Source: Psammoneis japonica (taxonomy: Eukaryota). From it: a stretch of DNA of 64,000 nt. The notes under the pieces were generated by a model, which saw only the letters and a program-made list of their open reading frames with translations, made no database searches and was not told the origin of the DNA. Position numbers and translations under genes: made by a program. Below, piece by piece: positions 33,702-46,176 of the stretch. The DNA lies in the NCBI GenBank assembly GCA_008632985.1, contig QPGO01000011.1:620001-684000 (forward strand), given 5' to 3'. Within the stretch, counting starts at the first letter, position 1, and each line of letters starts with the position of its first letter.

Positions 33702-36700
33702 CTCCCTCTCATTCACAGATTCCAGCAACCAACAAGAAAATTGCAAACGAGAAAGCTCACACAATTGGTGCAAGTTCAGAGCAAAGCTCCCACATCTTGA
33801 CCGAGCCACAACACACAACAAACAAAGGAAGCGATGCTTCCAAAGTGCTGCCACCCTTGGACCTTCAACCGGTTGTTCTCGAAGAGCTCTCGAGTCAAAG
33901 GCTTGGCAAGACAATCGGCAAGTTGCTCGGCCGATTCCACCTTGATCGCATTGAACTCATCACAATGCGACCAGAACCAATGCCACTTGACAAGAAAATG
34001 CTTGGCGCGATTGGTGATGCGGTGGTTGGCAGCCAGGCAGCAAGCGCCTTGATTGTCTTCGAACACACGCGCATGAACCGAAGTCCTGAGATCTTGGGAG
34101 ATGTCCAGGGTAGAGACGATCTCAAGGAGCAGGTTCTTCAAAGGCAGGAGAGTCCAAAGAGCACAGGAGGCGGCTTGACACTCGGCTTCGAGGGTGGAGC
34201 AGGAAACAGCTGACTGGAGCTGCGATTTCTACACCAAAGGGCATCCACTGAGAGTGATGATGTGTCCGGTGCGAGACCTGATGGAGTTTGGATCAGAATC
34301 TGCTTCGCAGCAATGGAGACCAGCAAAATCAGCATCAACCCACAAATCTCTTCAAGTGGCGGACCAGAGTCTTGACGGCAGTGGCGCGTGACTGCTTCGG
34401 GTTGCAATTGAAGTGTGCAACCTGACTGACGGCAAGGGAAATGTCAGGACGGGTGTTGGTGGACAAATGTGGAAGCACTCCAATGACGGAGGGATGGCTC
34501 CAGTCCTCCTGCATGGGATCTCCGTCTGCATCAGTGCCGAGGGCTTGGGACGCCGCGGGGAGCAAGTTTGGTTTGCCATCAACCAAGCCGGCAGCTGACA
34601 GGATCTTGTCAATCAACCCCTTCTGTGTCAACTTGACAGTGCCATCGTCTCGCCTTTCGAACTTGATGCCCAAGAACTTGGTAAAACTGCCCTCCTTCGT
34701 CAATTCAAATCCTTTCTCGTGCAGCTGAGATGTCAACTGATCAAGGGTGGACTCCTGCGCTGTGCTGATCCCGCAATCGTGACACACAGGCAGACCATGC
34801 AATCATGGTGGAGCAGGAGACATTGGTTGCACTCGCTTTGGATGAAACCCAAGTCCAAGAAGGCTTGCAGACAATGTTCATGCCACAACTTTGGAGCCGA
34901 AGAGAGTCCACAGAGACTCTTGACGAGCTCAAGACAAGTCTCAGGTCCTTTTGTCGAGCTGAAACCTCGTGGAAGATGAATCCAAACTGGTTCTTCCGCA
35001 GGAAGTGCTGCTTGAACGAATGCAGACTGGAAATCGGCGGATGCCACATGCCATCCAAGAACAAGACTCAATGCCAAAAACACTCGAACTGCACTCCAGG
35101 CCACAACCGGTGCATGAGTGTCAAACAGACTTCCTTCCTGCAGATCGCCCCAACAACAGTGGCGAGCCTTGTGCTTCTTGATCTCGCCTGAAGGTGAGCA
35201 CTTGCGACGAAATGCCCAAGTGCCAGGAAGGATCTTGGTTTGAGCATCAGATGCAGGTGCCTCGACCCACTTTCCTTGATGGACGAGTGCTGCAATCTCA
35301 ACCTCAGCCGCTTTCAACCACTTGTCGCGATCGGAAGAGCGCATGGCCTCGTCCCACGATGGTGCACCCGGATCCTTGACTTTGCGCGCCGACGCCCAAT
35401 GTGCGGTGGGAGCAGTCATGGATGTGTTGCAACCGTGGTCAAACTTGTGTGCACAATGGAAATCAACAAAGTGGGACAAGCATCTGTGTCCCTGAGATCC
35501 ATCACATCCAAACTGCTTGGGTGCAGTGCGACTCTGGGTGGAACGACAAACTGGGGTTGGAGAGGGGCGTTGTGCACTGGGTGGAGCCACAGGTGGCAAC
35601 TCCCTCTCTTGACCGAGATCCGAAGAAAGACTTCAAGGGGCAGGAGGCTCCCTCTGAGGACTTGGTGATGGATTTAAGTTGGCAGCAGGTGCTCTCTCCC
35701 TCTGAGGCGAGTCTGAAACCACAGGTTCAGCAGGAGACTCCAAAGGAGGCACAGACTCCACTGCAGGGACCGGAGGTTCCACAATGGGACTCGAGGGGAC
35801 CTCAGGAGAAGATGCTGGTGCCTGAGTGGCCAGAGGAGGGACCTGTGAGGGTTTGGGAGGCGACGGGCGGGTGACGGTTTCTCAGATTTCCTCGGAGCGG
35901 CGCTCACATTCAGGGCATTCTTGATGGATGTCGATGTCAGCCTGCTCTTCATCATCCACAGTGCATTGATGCACACTGTCTCTGAAGAGAGACGTCCATT
36001 CCAGAGACCCAATGGCAGGTGACGAGCCAGCATCGGCAGGAACCGTCGCAAACCAATCATCAAAAACGACATGGAATTGTGGAGTGATGGCTCCCGTTTC
36101 AAGACTCAAGACTGGCAGGACTGACAAGGCATGCTCGGGGCTGAGTCCCACACAGACATGCCAACTCACACGGGGTTTCCACTTTGGCAGTTTCTTTCCA
36201 TCGGCGAGAGTTTTGTCAAGAATGTAAACAGGGCACCCCCAAACATGACAATCCTGGAACCGAGAGTGGGGGTCATGCGTCTGGGTGAACACATCCTGTG
36301 GACTTGGACCCGCAGATGGGTCTGGCATCGCATTGTAAAGCACAACAGCGTGGTCCACAGCCAAAGGCCAAAGAGTGGCATCCGCAACATCAGGCCAATG
36401 AATCGCCGTGTGCAACATCACACTTCTCGCGATCGACATCGCAGTGTGCATTGCTTGTTCACAAACCCCATTGTGATGGTGAGCTCCTGCACCGGCGTGC
36501 TTTGAAACTTGTGCAAAAGACTCCAAGTGAACTCTGAAATTGGCCGACGTGAATGCCTTTCCTTTGTTGCTCAAACATTCTTGGGAAATGACACCACAAT
36601 CACGACAATGGGCCTCAAACGCGTTCTTGGCCGTCAAAGTTTCATGGGTGTTGAGGTGAGTTTGATGTTGAACGTTGACACAACCGGATGCATGATCCAC

Positions 36701-39700
36701 AAAGATTGCTCCACCTGAATGCTGATGTTTTGTGTTCTCCTTTCCAAAAGTGTGTTTCAGATACCATGCGTGGAACAAACAAAGTGATCAACCAATGCTC
36801 ATTGACCGGGGAACAGCTGGTCTTTCTTCAAGGCTCCAGCTCGATCCTTGACGACACGAGAACTCTTTCCAGGGCTGGGACGGCATTTTTGTTTTCCACA
36901 TTGGCATGCAGCACAAAGGGGCAGATGATGATGCGACAAGCGCATTCATGCAAATGACGGGTGCCCTCGGAGTGGGACAGGACTCCCACACGCATCAAAA
37001 ATTGCACCTTTTGAAAGCTCAGATGCCCGAGACGAAAGTGCCAACGCAGTGGCTCCTTTTCAGCAGGTGAGACATTGTGATTGTGCTCCATTGTCGTCGA
37101 CAACGTCAAATGAAACTCCTCACAAATTTGTTGACTTGCTTGATTGCACAGGCCCATCCAACCGGCAAGTTGGTTGAAGGTTCAACCAACACTTCAACAT
37201 CACGCCTGTGTCCTTGTTCGCGATTCTTGGATCCACTGAGGACAGCACGGTCCGACAGCAGCTCAATGGACTCGTCCGAGTGCGTCTGCAAGAGACTGGT
37301 CGTGCTCAAGAGATGAGCCTTGGACTTGGGGATGCAGCAGGCCGGCGGAACCTTCAGGGTCCGAAGCACCCCAGCAACATTGACAAAAGACCAAGCAACG
37401 TGTCCAACACCTGCCACATGGAGTCCCTTTGCGACACCTTGGAGCCGGACAGTGACAGGTGGTTTCTCAAGAGGGCTGACAAAGTCGTCCTTGCAAGGTG
37501 AGACCGACACGCTTGCTCCTGAGTCCCAAATGACCGGGAAAGTGTGCTCTTCAACCACTTCCTTTGTCTCCTCAGGACTCGTAAAAGCCGCCTTGAGAGC
37601 ACCAGCAACAGAAAGCAGAGGTGACGGGACGTCAGCATTGGCCAGACAAGCCTTGGCTGCTGGGGAGCAGACAGCGTCAAGCTGGGAGCACGTCAAACCG
37701 TGCACAACGTTCAAACCAGCAGGGCGACACGTGGGTGCATTGAGGTTCCGACGACCTCAATGATGAATGTCGGGACCCCTTTTTAGAGCAGCACTCTTGC
37801 AACGTCTGGTGCCCTTGGGATGACCTGCCTCTCCCTCTTGACTGAGGAGAGGACGTGCGCACGTGAAGGTGAGTGACCGCTCAAAGGCCTTGACCTCCTC
37901 ACTGAGGTCGCACAACTGATGACGCTGCCGCTGCTTGATGTCAGGCGCCCCACAGGCACAATGGACGAGAGAGGGATGCCTGGGTGGAGTGCGGCGGCGT
38001 CCGCAGCGAGGCTGAAGCTCCCTCAGGCGATGACGCCCCCAACGTTCGCGATGCTTGGAGAACTTGGTTCCTTGGCGTGTGGCCCAGCGGGGAGGAGGAG
38101 GAGGAGCACGCAGGGCTTTGGCACGAGCATCACGCTCAAACTTAGATGGCAAGAATGCAGCTGCTAGAAGCACCAGGAACCAGAGAGCGGGCAAAGGACA
38201 GAGACGCCAGTGTGACGAGACGTGCGACGCAACGACCGTCACGAGCCAGATCATGGCGTTGACTCCAACAATCCACCAGTTGGCCGGAAGCTGGGAATGC
38301 CAACATCCCAAGGCAGCACAGAGCAGCAGAGATGCAAGAGGGTGGATCAAGGTGAGCACAACCTGAAATGGTCCAAGTGGTGCATCCTTGAAGCCCAACT
38401 CAAAGTCGAATTCCACGCACCACACTCCAGGATCCAGGAAGAGGGTGTTGGCCTGCTGAGTCGGCACAGGAGGTGATCCATCCTTCTGCCCATGCTTGGC
38501 AGTGCCGTGAGTGGTCGACCAACGACGGCACTTGGCACACCAGTGCCAAGTCTTGTCCTGCGCAACCTTGGACTCAGGTTGTCCGGGACGAGGCGCGACC
38601 TTCTTCCAGTTGCACGCGACGCCACCGTTGCCGTTGCCTCCATTGCCACCCTGATTGCCGTTGCCACTGGAGCGGGTCCTGCCCCTTCCACCTTGTCCTC
38701 CACCATTTTGCCCAGGGTTTGAGCTGCCTTGGTTGTTCCCAGTGCCCTCACTGGACCTGTCAGGACAGTCACGTGCCCAGTGTCCGAGCTTGCCGCAGTT
38801 GTCACGGAGAGTTTTCCGGAGTCTTCTTTCGGGGAGCAGCCTTCTGCTGGAAGAGAGCATTGAACTGGGCCTGAGTGAGTGGAACTCCAGCCGTTTGACA
38901 AGTGGCAGAGGGATCAAGTGCTGGGTTTCCAAAGGCTCTGGGAGCGGCTTTGGAATCCATCGCGTGCTTGACAGGGTCCCACTGCGTGTTGTTCTTGAAC
39001 AAGCGGCAGCGGTCCAGGATCTTTCCAATGACTTGAGAGCAGGTGAGGTTCTTGGACGCAAGGTGTCGTTTTGCATCCGTCTTAGACTTGTGCGCCATCT
39101 CAACCAGTGCCTCGCTCAAGTTCTCTTTCACAGTTCGAAGAGCGTGCTTGAACTGCTGACCGTTTTTGCCATCCCCGCCAGCTTCCAGGCATGCGTTGAC
39201 CAAGGTAAGCGTCAGCTTGTGGTCGTGCTGACCCGCAACATCTGACTCGTGGGCCGCAGTCTTGAACTCAGACAGTGGCTCGGAGAGATCCTGACCAGCA
39301 AACTGGGAGGGCTTGAGTTCCTCCAGCTGTTTTTCGAGTTGCTTGAAGCGTTTGATGGACGTGCTCTGGAGGATCACGATGAGAGCCATCCAGACTTTCG
39401 GAAAGCAATCCGACTCCTCCGTCTCCAGATCCAGCTGTGCGGCCAGGCCAGCCTCCAAGGAGTTCTTGAGAAACTCAGTGGCGTCCCTGTCATTGGATTT
39501 GTTGCATGAGTCACACTTGGCGAGTTGAGGTGTGACAAGATGGGCGACTCTCGATTTGGAACACCGAGGATGTCCTTCAATGCAGGACGTCACAGAAGTT
39601 GAGTCCTCGGGGTCCTGCAGGCAAGTCACCGCATCCAAACCGCAGTCCTTGAGATGCTTCATCACGTTCTTCTCAAAGGTTGCAAGGTCTCCCTTCTTGG

Positions 39701-40502
39701 CGAACTTGGTTGAAAGTCTGGCAACGCAGCAGGCCTTGCTCTTCTGGGCGGAAGAAACGTGGTGGGAGCGATGCTGATTCGGAGACGTTGGACTGGAGTT
39801 GGGAGTTTCTAGCCTGGACCAATCAGCCTTGGGTTTCCCACCAGTCCAAGCAACTTTCTCAGTGGAGCCAATGGAGACAACCCCCCCCCATCTTGGGAGC
39901 CTTGGGTTTGTAGACCTTTGTCTTCGGAATCGCCACGGCTGCCACAGCAGCCATGGCCTGAAGAGTGCGACGTTCGTCGTCCGTCACACCAGAGCTTGCG
40001 GCGGGCTCGTCATCATCCGAGTCGTCATCCGAATCGTCTGGGCGATGTTCCAAGGGCGGAACAGGCTTGTTGTCTGGGTCATTGGGGTCCTGAGGTGGTG
40101 GATTATCCTCCGGTGGAGGTTGATCCTCAGGAGGCTGGTCCTCAAACACTTCGGGGTCGTCAGCCATGTCCGACAGCGCGCTTGAAGCTGTCAAGTTGGG
40201 CCAGTCATCTGGGATGTTCTCAATCAAGGAGCACGAGCTCGGAGAACTCTCTTGGGTCTCAGGAGGGCCACGGGGTGGAGCAGGGCCTGAGATGGTGCAC
40301 GCGCAAAATCAACAACAAACCTTCTGGTGGAACCAGCCATCCAGCTGACAGAGTCAGGCGCAGCACTTGATGTCAAGAGCATGGAGCGCAGCCAGTGAGG
40401 AGCGCTGACAGCATCAGAGCCATAGATGGGGTTGCTCTGGTTTGGGCGTCCCCAACCGGAAGTGTAGAACGTGTTAAGTTGCCCCAATTGGGCAAACCAA
40501 CC

Positions 40503-40973
40503 AGTCAAAGCTTATGTGTCCATGCAGCTCTGAGTGCCTTCCTAATGCATCGACTGGATGTCCACTCCAGATCGACACCTCAGGCAGAATGCAAGCAGAT
40601 GGAATCTGCCAACAAGTGGCAATGAGCATTTGGTCTTTCACAAAAGTGCTGGTGACCAAATTACAAGCCACCTAGACTGAATCTGCTGAATGCACCCAAA
40701 CAGAGGTTGATCCACAGGTTTGCACCAGAGACCAACACAAACTTCAGGGTCAACCACATTCACAACAATTGTCCAAATGCTGCTGAACCAATCCATGGTT
40801 GGTCCAACATCTGTGCAACACCTGTGATCTCCAAAGCACCGCCTGTGATCCCCAAAGCATTCGGCTTGAGAATCGAGTCGACGTGGCACGAAAAGAATTT
40901 CAACAAGAATTCCAACTGATGGAAGCACAGACACAACAGAGAATCTGGGTCGGTGGACAGATGAACCATGACT
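40503..40973 (-). repeat. 5' LTR of copia-2
   Basis: Direct repeat of 33231-33701, same length. Confidence 0.93.
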
Positions 40974-43854
40974 CGAATTCTCCCTGAGGTCTCAGCCACC
41001 GACATCCGCCCACTTCTGCACAAGAACAAGGATGAAAATGCCCTCCGTGATCTGCGGAGAAAGGGAATTTGCGACGGAGACAACAAAATCCTTTCCCAGC
41101 TTGTGAATCCATCCTTGCTGAGCTGCTGCCTGCAACAAGGCTCCCCACTTTGTTGAATGGTGGTCTTGAAGGAATTCAACAACTCTTTGTGCACTCGCTT
41201 CCTGCGCTCTCGTGGACTCAACGTGCAGGTGCCCAGCATCTTCAAACACGATTGTTCAACCCCAAGCTCATTGGTGCTGGAACAGCAGGTAGAAAGCCCA
41301 ATGTCTGCTTCAACTCCATTGTTGATTCCTTTGTCGAATGTGTGCCAACAACTGGGAACAACACGAATGAGAGGAAAAAGCTTGATGAACACATTTCAAG
41401 GTTTTGCTGGGGAAAAAAACAGGACTCTTCGAAACGCACCCCACTGGCCTGCCACCAGATTGGACAATCAGATTTTGCAATTCTCAACTGCCAAAATTTT
41501 GGTGCTGTGCCTTTGCAGCCTTTCAACCCTTTCTTTCAAGGTGCCATCTTTGATCAGCGGGTCTTCACCTTTCCAGTGCCAAGGAAAGAAGTGCATTTGG
41601 TGGGGAGTGCACTTGTTGCTGCTCCCAATGCTTGAACAAACTGTGGAAACACATGATGCATTCTTTTTCATCTGGTGTGGTGCTTCAGCAATGCCAACCT
41701 GATCAAACCACAACACTGAGGCCTCTTCTTTGGGGGTTTTGAGCGGCTCACTGTCGACTGTCATCTGAACCACAATTTCAACTCCGCAGTGGACTGGGTT
41801 GAGCAACTCGCTACATTAACCAACAGTGGGACCTGCAGCAACAGTCTTGGGTTGAGCATCTGAAAATTGCTGGAAGTTCTCCACAAACCTCCTCGCCAAT
41901 TTCAGCACCTTCTGGGCACATAGATCAAAATTTGGTGCTTGTTGTTTCACAGGTGTCACAGGCAGGGATTTGGGTGACTGCTCGTACGTAATCGTACGTC
42001 GCGTGATGTGTGCGTGGTGCGTTGAGCGAGCGTTACGGTATGAAAATCGCTTTCTCCGTTCCACAGACCATGTCAACCTACGTGCCGCTAAATTCGTAAG
42101 TGTAGCCTCGCATTGTAGCATTGACAACAAGTCTTCATACACAATAGCATGGAGAAGAATCAATTGAATAGCGAAAGAATGCCACATGAGGCCAGTCAAG
42201 TAGGCACCCCCAATCCCGACCGAAGTCAGCAGGAAAACCGAACGCCTCCCAATAGCGGGTCTACTGGCAGCAAACGTGGCGACGGAGTTGGGTCTTTTCG
42301 ATTGAACCAGTCCGTTATGGAACAAGCACAACAAAAAATATCGGAAGCAGAAGCTCATCGTAAAGATTCCAAGCTTCCAAAGCACCTCATTCCCATGGTT
42401 GAAGTGATGCTTCCCAAGGACACGAGTTTGAAGGACTTTGAAGACGGTCTCGAGAGTAGAGTTGGAAAATTGACGCAGCTGTGGAGTGGGTGCACAGATC
42501 AGTGTGCTGGAAAGACCGATTGCGCCAACATACAAGAAGAGAATGATATTGTGTACAGGGACCACAGTCCTTCAATGTGAAGCAAAGTGCTCGTTGGCCT
42601 GCAAATCTGTAGAGTGAGAATAACAAAGAGCTCCAAGGTCGACGAACAAGGCAGTTGCTTTTGTTTAGCGTATGCTATTGGTTCTTGTCAAGTCGAATGA
42701 GCCCATTGCGGTTTCTTTTGCTGCGCATTGTATGCCAAGCCGCTGCACCCTGTCGAAGTATTGGCACAAAGAATACGCGCGGAGACATTGTCACCGGCAA
42801 TATCTAATTTTTACTGTATCACCAGCTTCAAAGTTTGTGAAGGGATGGAGTCGAAAAACGGGCTTGCTAGAAGCATGTTGAAATAGAGGGAAAAACCTCG
42901 TTATTGATCATTTCCCTGGCCGAAAATGCCTTATCTCAAGCTAGTAATCGGCAGTTCCGCGAGACGAAACAAACTCGCTCTGGGTCATTACATAAATATT
43001 ATAAAATTGGTAGAGTAATAGTCATTGTCGTTCACTCTCTATCTAGCATATTGCGAAACTGTTAGACACTACCTGAGACAAAAAAGGACAGTTATCATTG
43101 TTTATGCCGTCTTGGGATTGCATCAAAAAGGCACTATTTGTGTTTCACCTCTGGACAGAAGGTGCAATCACACAAGCGACGACAGGCGTTTTGAGCGCCA
43201 GCTCTACTTCGTTCTTGGACAGTAAGTAACGGCCGAATATAGAAATAATAGAGTCTACCGTATGTTGTTGAAACTTGAAACTGCTTTGGATCTAACCACT
43301 TTTCGAGCTCACTCACACATTAATTGTAGGCCTACTACTAGAGAGTGCTCTCTAAGTCTAGAGAGAGGAGTCACCCTCTAGTAGAAGAGTAGCAAAATCG
43401 TTAAGACTTCACTCACAAACTACTTTTGGGATCCATGCAGCAGGTAAAGTAATGTCATTCCTTACCAGACTTTTCCATTCGGTTGCAGTCTCCTCTCTAG
43501 CTAGCTCGAGGGCCCTGGGTACCGTACATACAGTTACCGGTAGAGTATGTAGAGAATGGGACCGACATCTTGAATATCTCCTGCAGCAGGCAGCGCCAGG
43601 CGTTGGAGTTGGCTTTTGTCCTGAGTCCATCATCCGTCCAGTCATTTTGTGAGACAGAAAGCATCAAAAAAGTATATAAAGAGGGCAATAGACTGCAAAT
43701 GTTTCAATTATAAAGACAAAACATTTTGGTCACCTCACCCAAAAAGGCGGGAACTAGATAGAGAGGGCCCGGCCCTACCAACAACATTTAGCTCGGCACT
43801 CACTTTTCCTTGTGTTTGATCGGGCATCATTATCGCCAGTTATTTTGTGGCAAA

Positions 43855-45809
43855 ATGATGACGATTGCTGCTTCAGGAGTTCTTCTACTCTTTGCTGTCT
43901 TAGTTCGGCAGGGGAGAAGCAGTGTAAGTTCAGAACGAACAATGATTCTTGATGTCTCTCTCTCTCTTACACTAGTATCGATAATTTTATTTCTGTTTTT
44001 GAAGGGAGCTTGCTGTACTTTATCATTCACGAGCACTTGTACGATCGAAACTCCAAATACTTGTCGCGGGCTTTATCAAGGGAATGGAACAACGTGTGCT
44101 GATGATGGTGTCAGTTGCAGGCGAGGCGGCTGCTGCAAGCGAGATCAAACGTGTGAAGAAACATTTCAATTCCCTTGCATAGCTCAACGAGGGAATTATT
44201 TAGGAAACGATTCCACCTGTGGCCCGGGTGATTCATGTCCTACACCAGGGAAGCCAACAACGTCGATGACGCTGTCTCCTACACTTACTCCCTTTACTTC
44301 GGCTCCGACAACAGGTAAGACGACATTTCCTACCGCGGAGCCGAAGACGACATCTCCTACTGCGGAACCGAAAGCTACACCAGGTCCAACGCCGTCACCT
44401 ACTGAAAAGGCTAAAACGGAGAGTCCGATAACGCCATCTCCGACTACCAACTCACCGTTAGAAGAGTCAGCGGCATGCTGTTCACTGAAAATTTCAGACC
44501 CCACGGGTGGGACATGCGCTGAAACAACTGAAAAAGAATGTCTCAGCTTTAAAAACAATCCATATTGGGGCGGAATCGGTACAACTTGTCCTTTTGTTTG
44601 TCCTCCGGTATGTGCTGGCATATTATGACTGCTGCGATTGTGGCCATTGCAAAACACAGATGCTAATTTTCCGTGTTATTCTTTTTCTCTTCCTTGTTCG
44701 TCACGCAGGCTGGCGCGTGCTGCTTATCGGATGGCTCTTGCAAAGATACAACTGCAGAGGATCAGTGCTTGGATGGAGGAGGCAGGTGGGCGGGTGCAAA
44801 CACGAAGTGCAGTACTTTTCAATGTGTGGAGCCATCTCCCACACCAAGCCCAAAGACTCCTGTCCCAGCCACCTCTGGACCGACAAAACCTTCGACAACG
44901 CATGAAGGGGCGTGTTGCGTCAAATCTACATGCCTAGAACTTCCAGCACAAATGTGTCTTAGCGACGATGAAAATTCGTTTCTGGGGCACGGAACGAGGT
45001 GCGCTGACGAAGCTTCGAGGTGCAAAGTGAACACCCCTGCCACCTCTGCACCTACGAAACCTTCCGCAACGCTTGATGGGGCGTGTTGCATCAAATCCAC
45101 ATGCCTAGACCTTCCAGCACAAACGTGTCTTAGCCACGATGAAAATTCGTTTCTTGGGTACGGAACGAGGTGTGCCGATGATGCTTTGAGGTGCAAAGTG
45201 AACACGCCAAGTCCAACCCCTGCACTCAATCCTTATTCAAAACAAGCTTGCTGTTATGCAACTGGCTTGTGTCTGGATTTAAGGCCAGGAAATTGCAGAG
45301 CTCAAGGAGGAACGGCTTACGGACCTGGAGTATTTTGCCAACCAAATAAAACCTGTCCAGCAGCAGATGTCACAAAGCCACGTCCTACACCAGCTCCAAA
45401 CAAGGTCCCCAACTTACCAGGTAGTTGCTGCTTTGCATCCGAAGGAATCTGCAAGATATTGAGGGGGAGGAAATGTATCCGAAAAGGAGGCAATTACGGA
45501 GGTGTTGGCACAAAGTGTAACGTAAAGATTTGTCCTGCTGCATACGGTGCGTGCTGTTTGTCGAATGGTGGATGCAAAGTGTCCCAGATCAGAAATTGCA
45601 GCAATCGCGGTGGCAAATTTCAAGGCTTGGGATCGAGGTGCTACGAGGCGAGATGCTCAGCTGCTAAAGGCGAAAAGGGGGCTTGTTGCTGGAAGAATGA
45701 CGAATGTCGGATACTAAAGGAAAAGAACTGTTTGAAGAAAGCAGGCCATTTCGTGGGAGGGGGCTCCAGGTGCAGGCAAGGATACTGTCCAACTGACCCG
45801 TTCTACTAG
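43855..45809 (+). CDS. Secreted Cys-rich 'GACC'-repeat protein with Pro/Thr linkers; exons 43855-43923, 44005-44607, 44709-45809
   Basis: Signal peptide; GT-AG introns 43924-44004 and 44608-44708, both phase 0; ten repeats of G/A-x-CC...C...C...G.G..C. Confidence 0.85.
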
Positions 45810-46176
45810 TACCTGGGTGCACGATTGGAGTGGTGCGTAAAAAGCTGGACCCACAGAACTGACACATCGATTACAGCTCGGTCTGAACACATCTGAATCG
45901 AGATCACCGACCCAAATTCAGGATACTCGATGGCTTGTTTGAAGAACGTCTTGTTCTCGGGTTGCTTCAGCGCATGGCTTCCTTCTTTAGTGGCTTTTGG
46001 TTCGGAATGCGCCGTACACTACACATGATTGAAATTGACCCCGGGAGTCATGCCCGTAGATCAAAAGGAAGAGAATCGTGGGACATTAAGACTATTCCCG
46101 ACGATGTACTTCTGTTTCCTGCAATATTTTTCTACATATAGTATGCTCTAACTTATCCGTTCCCACGAGACTAGCA

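Larger units (their letters stand above)
33231..40973 (-). mobile_element. Full-length Ty1/copia LTR retrotransposon (copia-2), more heavily mutated
   Basis: 471-bp LTRs (33231-33701, 40503-40973) with AGTCA..TGACT ends; TSD CGAAC/CGAAT; PPT GAATGAGAGGGAG. Zn knuckle NCGKLGHWARDCP, protease WDSGAS, pre-integrase WHFRLGH, integrase IFVDHASG, RT, RNase H FEDNQGA. Confidence 0.95.
32500..41700 (+). pseudogene. Crinkler/RHS-like P-loop NTPase plus restriction-endonuclease-fold gene, split by copia-2 (parts ~32500-33230 and 40974-~41700)
   Basis: Walker A PSGTG(K)TSL with a 1-nt deletion at ~32590; Walker B-like FILVDKTQTM at 32807; GGHIHPL; reading continues across the insertion (KLVSERI|LPEVSATD); C-terminal RKPNVCFNSIVDSFVEC...KLDEHISRF. 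Confidence 0.5.
19960..41960. other. TpA-depleted repeat island C (nested elements)
   Basis: TA nearly absent except in parts of copia-1 (RT core, 5' leader and 5' LTR). Normal TA content returns abruptly at ~41980. Contains an N gap at 20303-20313. Confidence 0.85.

Noticed and set aside
42149..42580. 143-aa ORF
   Set aside because: No recognisable motif and it overlaps a dispersed repeat, so it cannot be supported as a gene.
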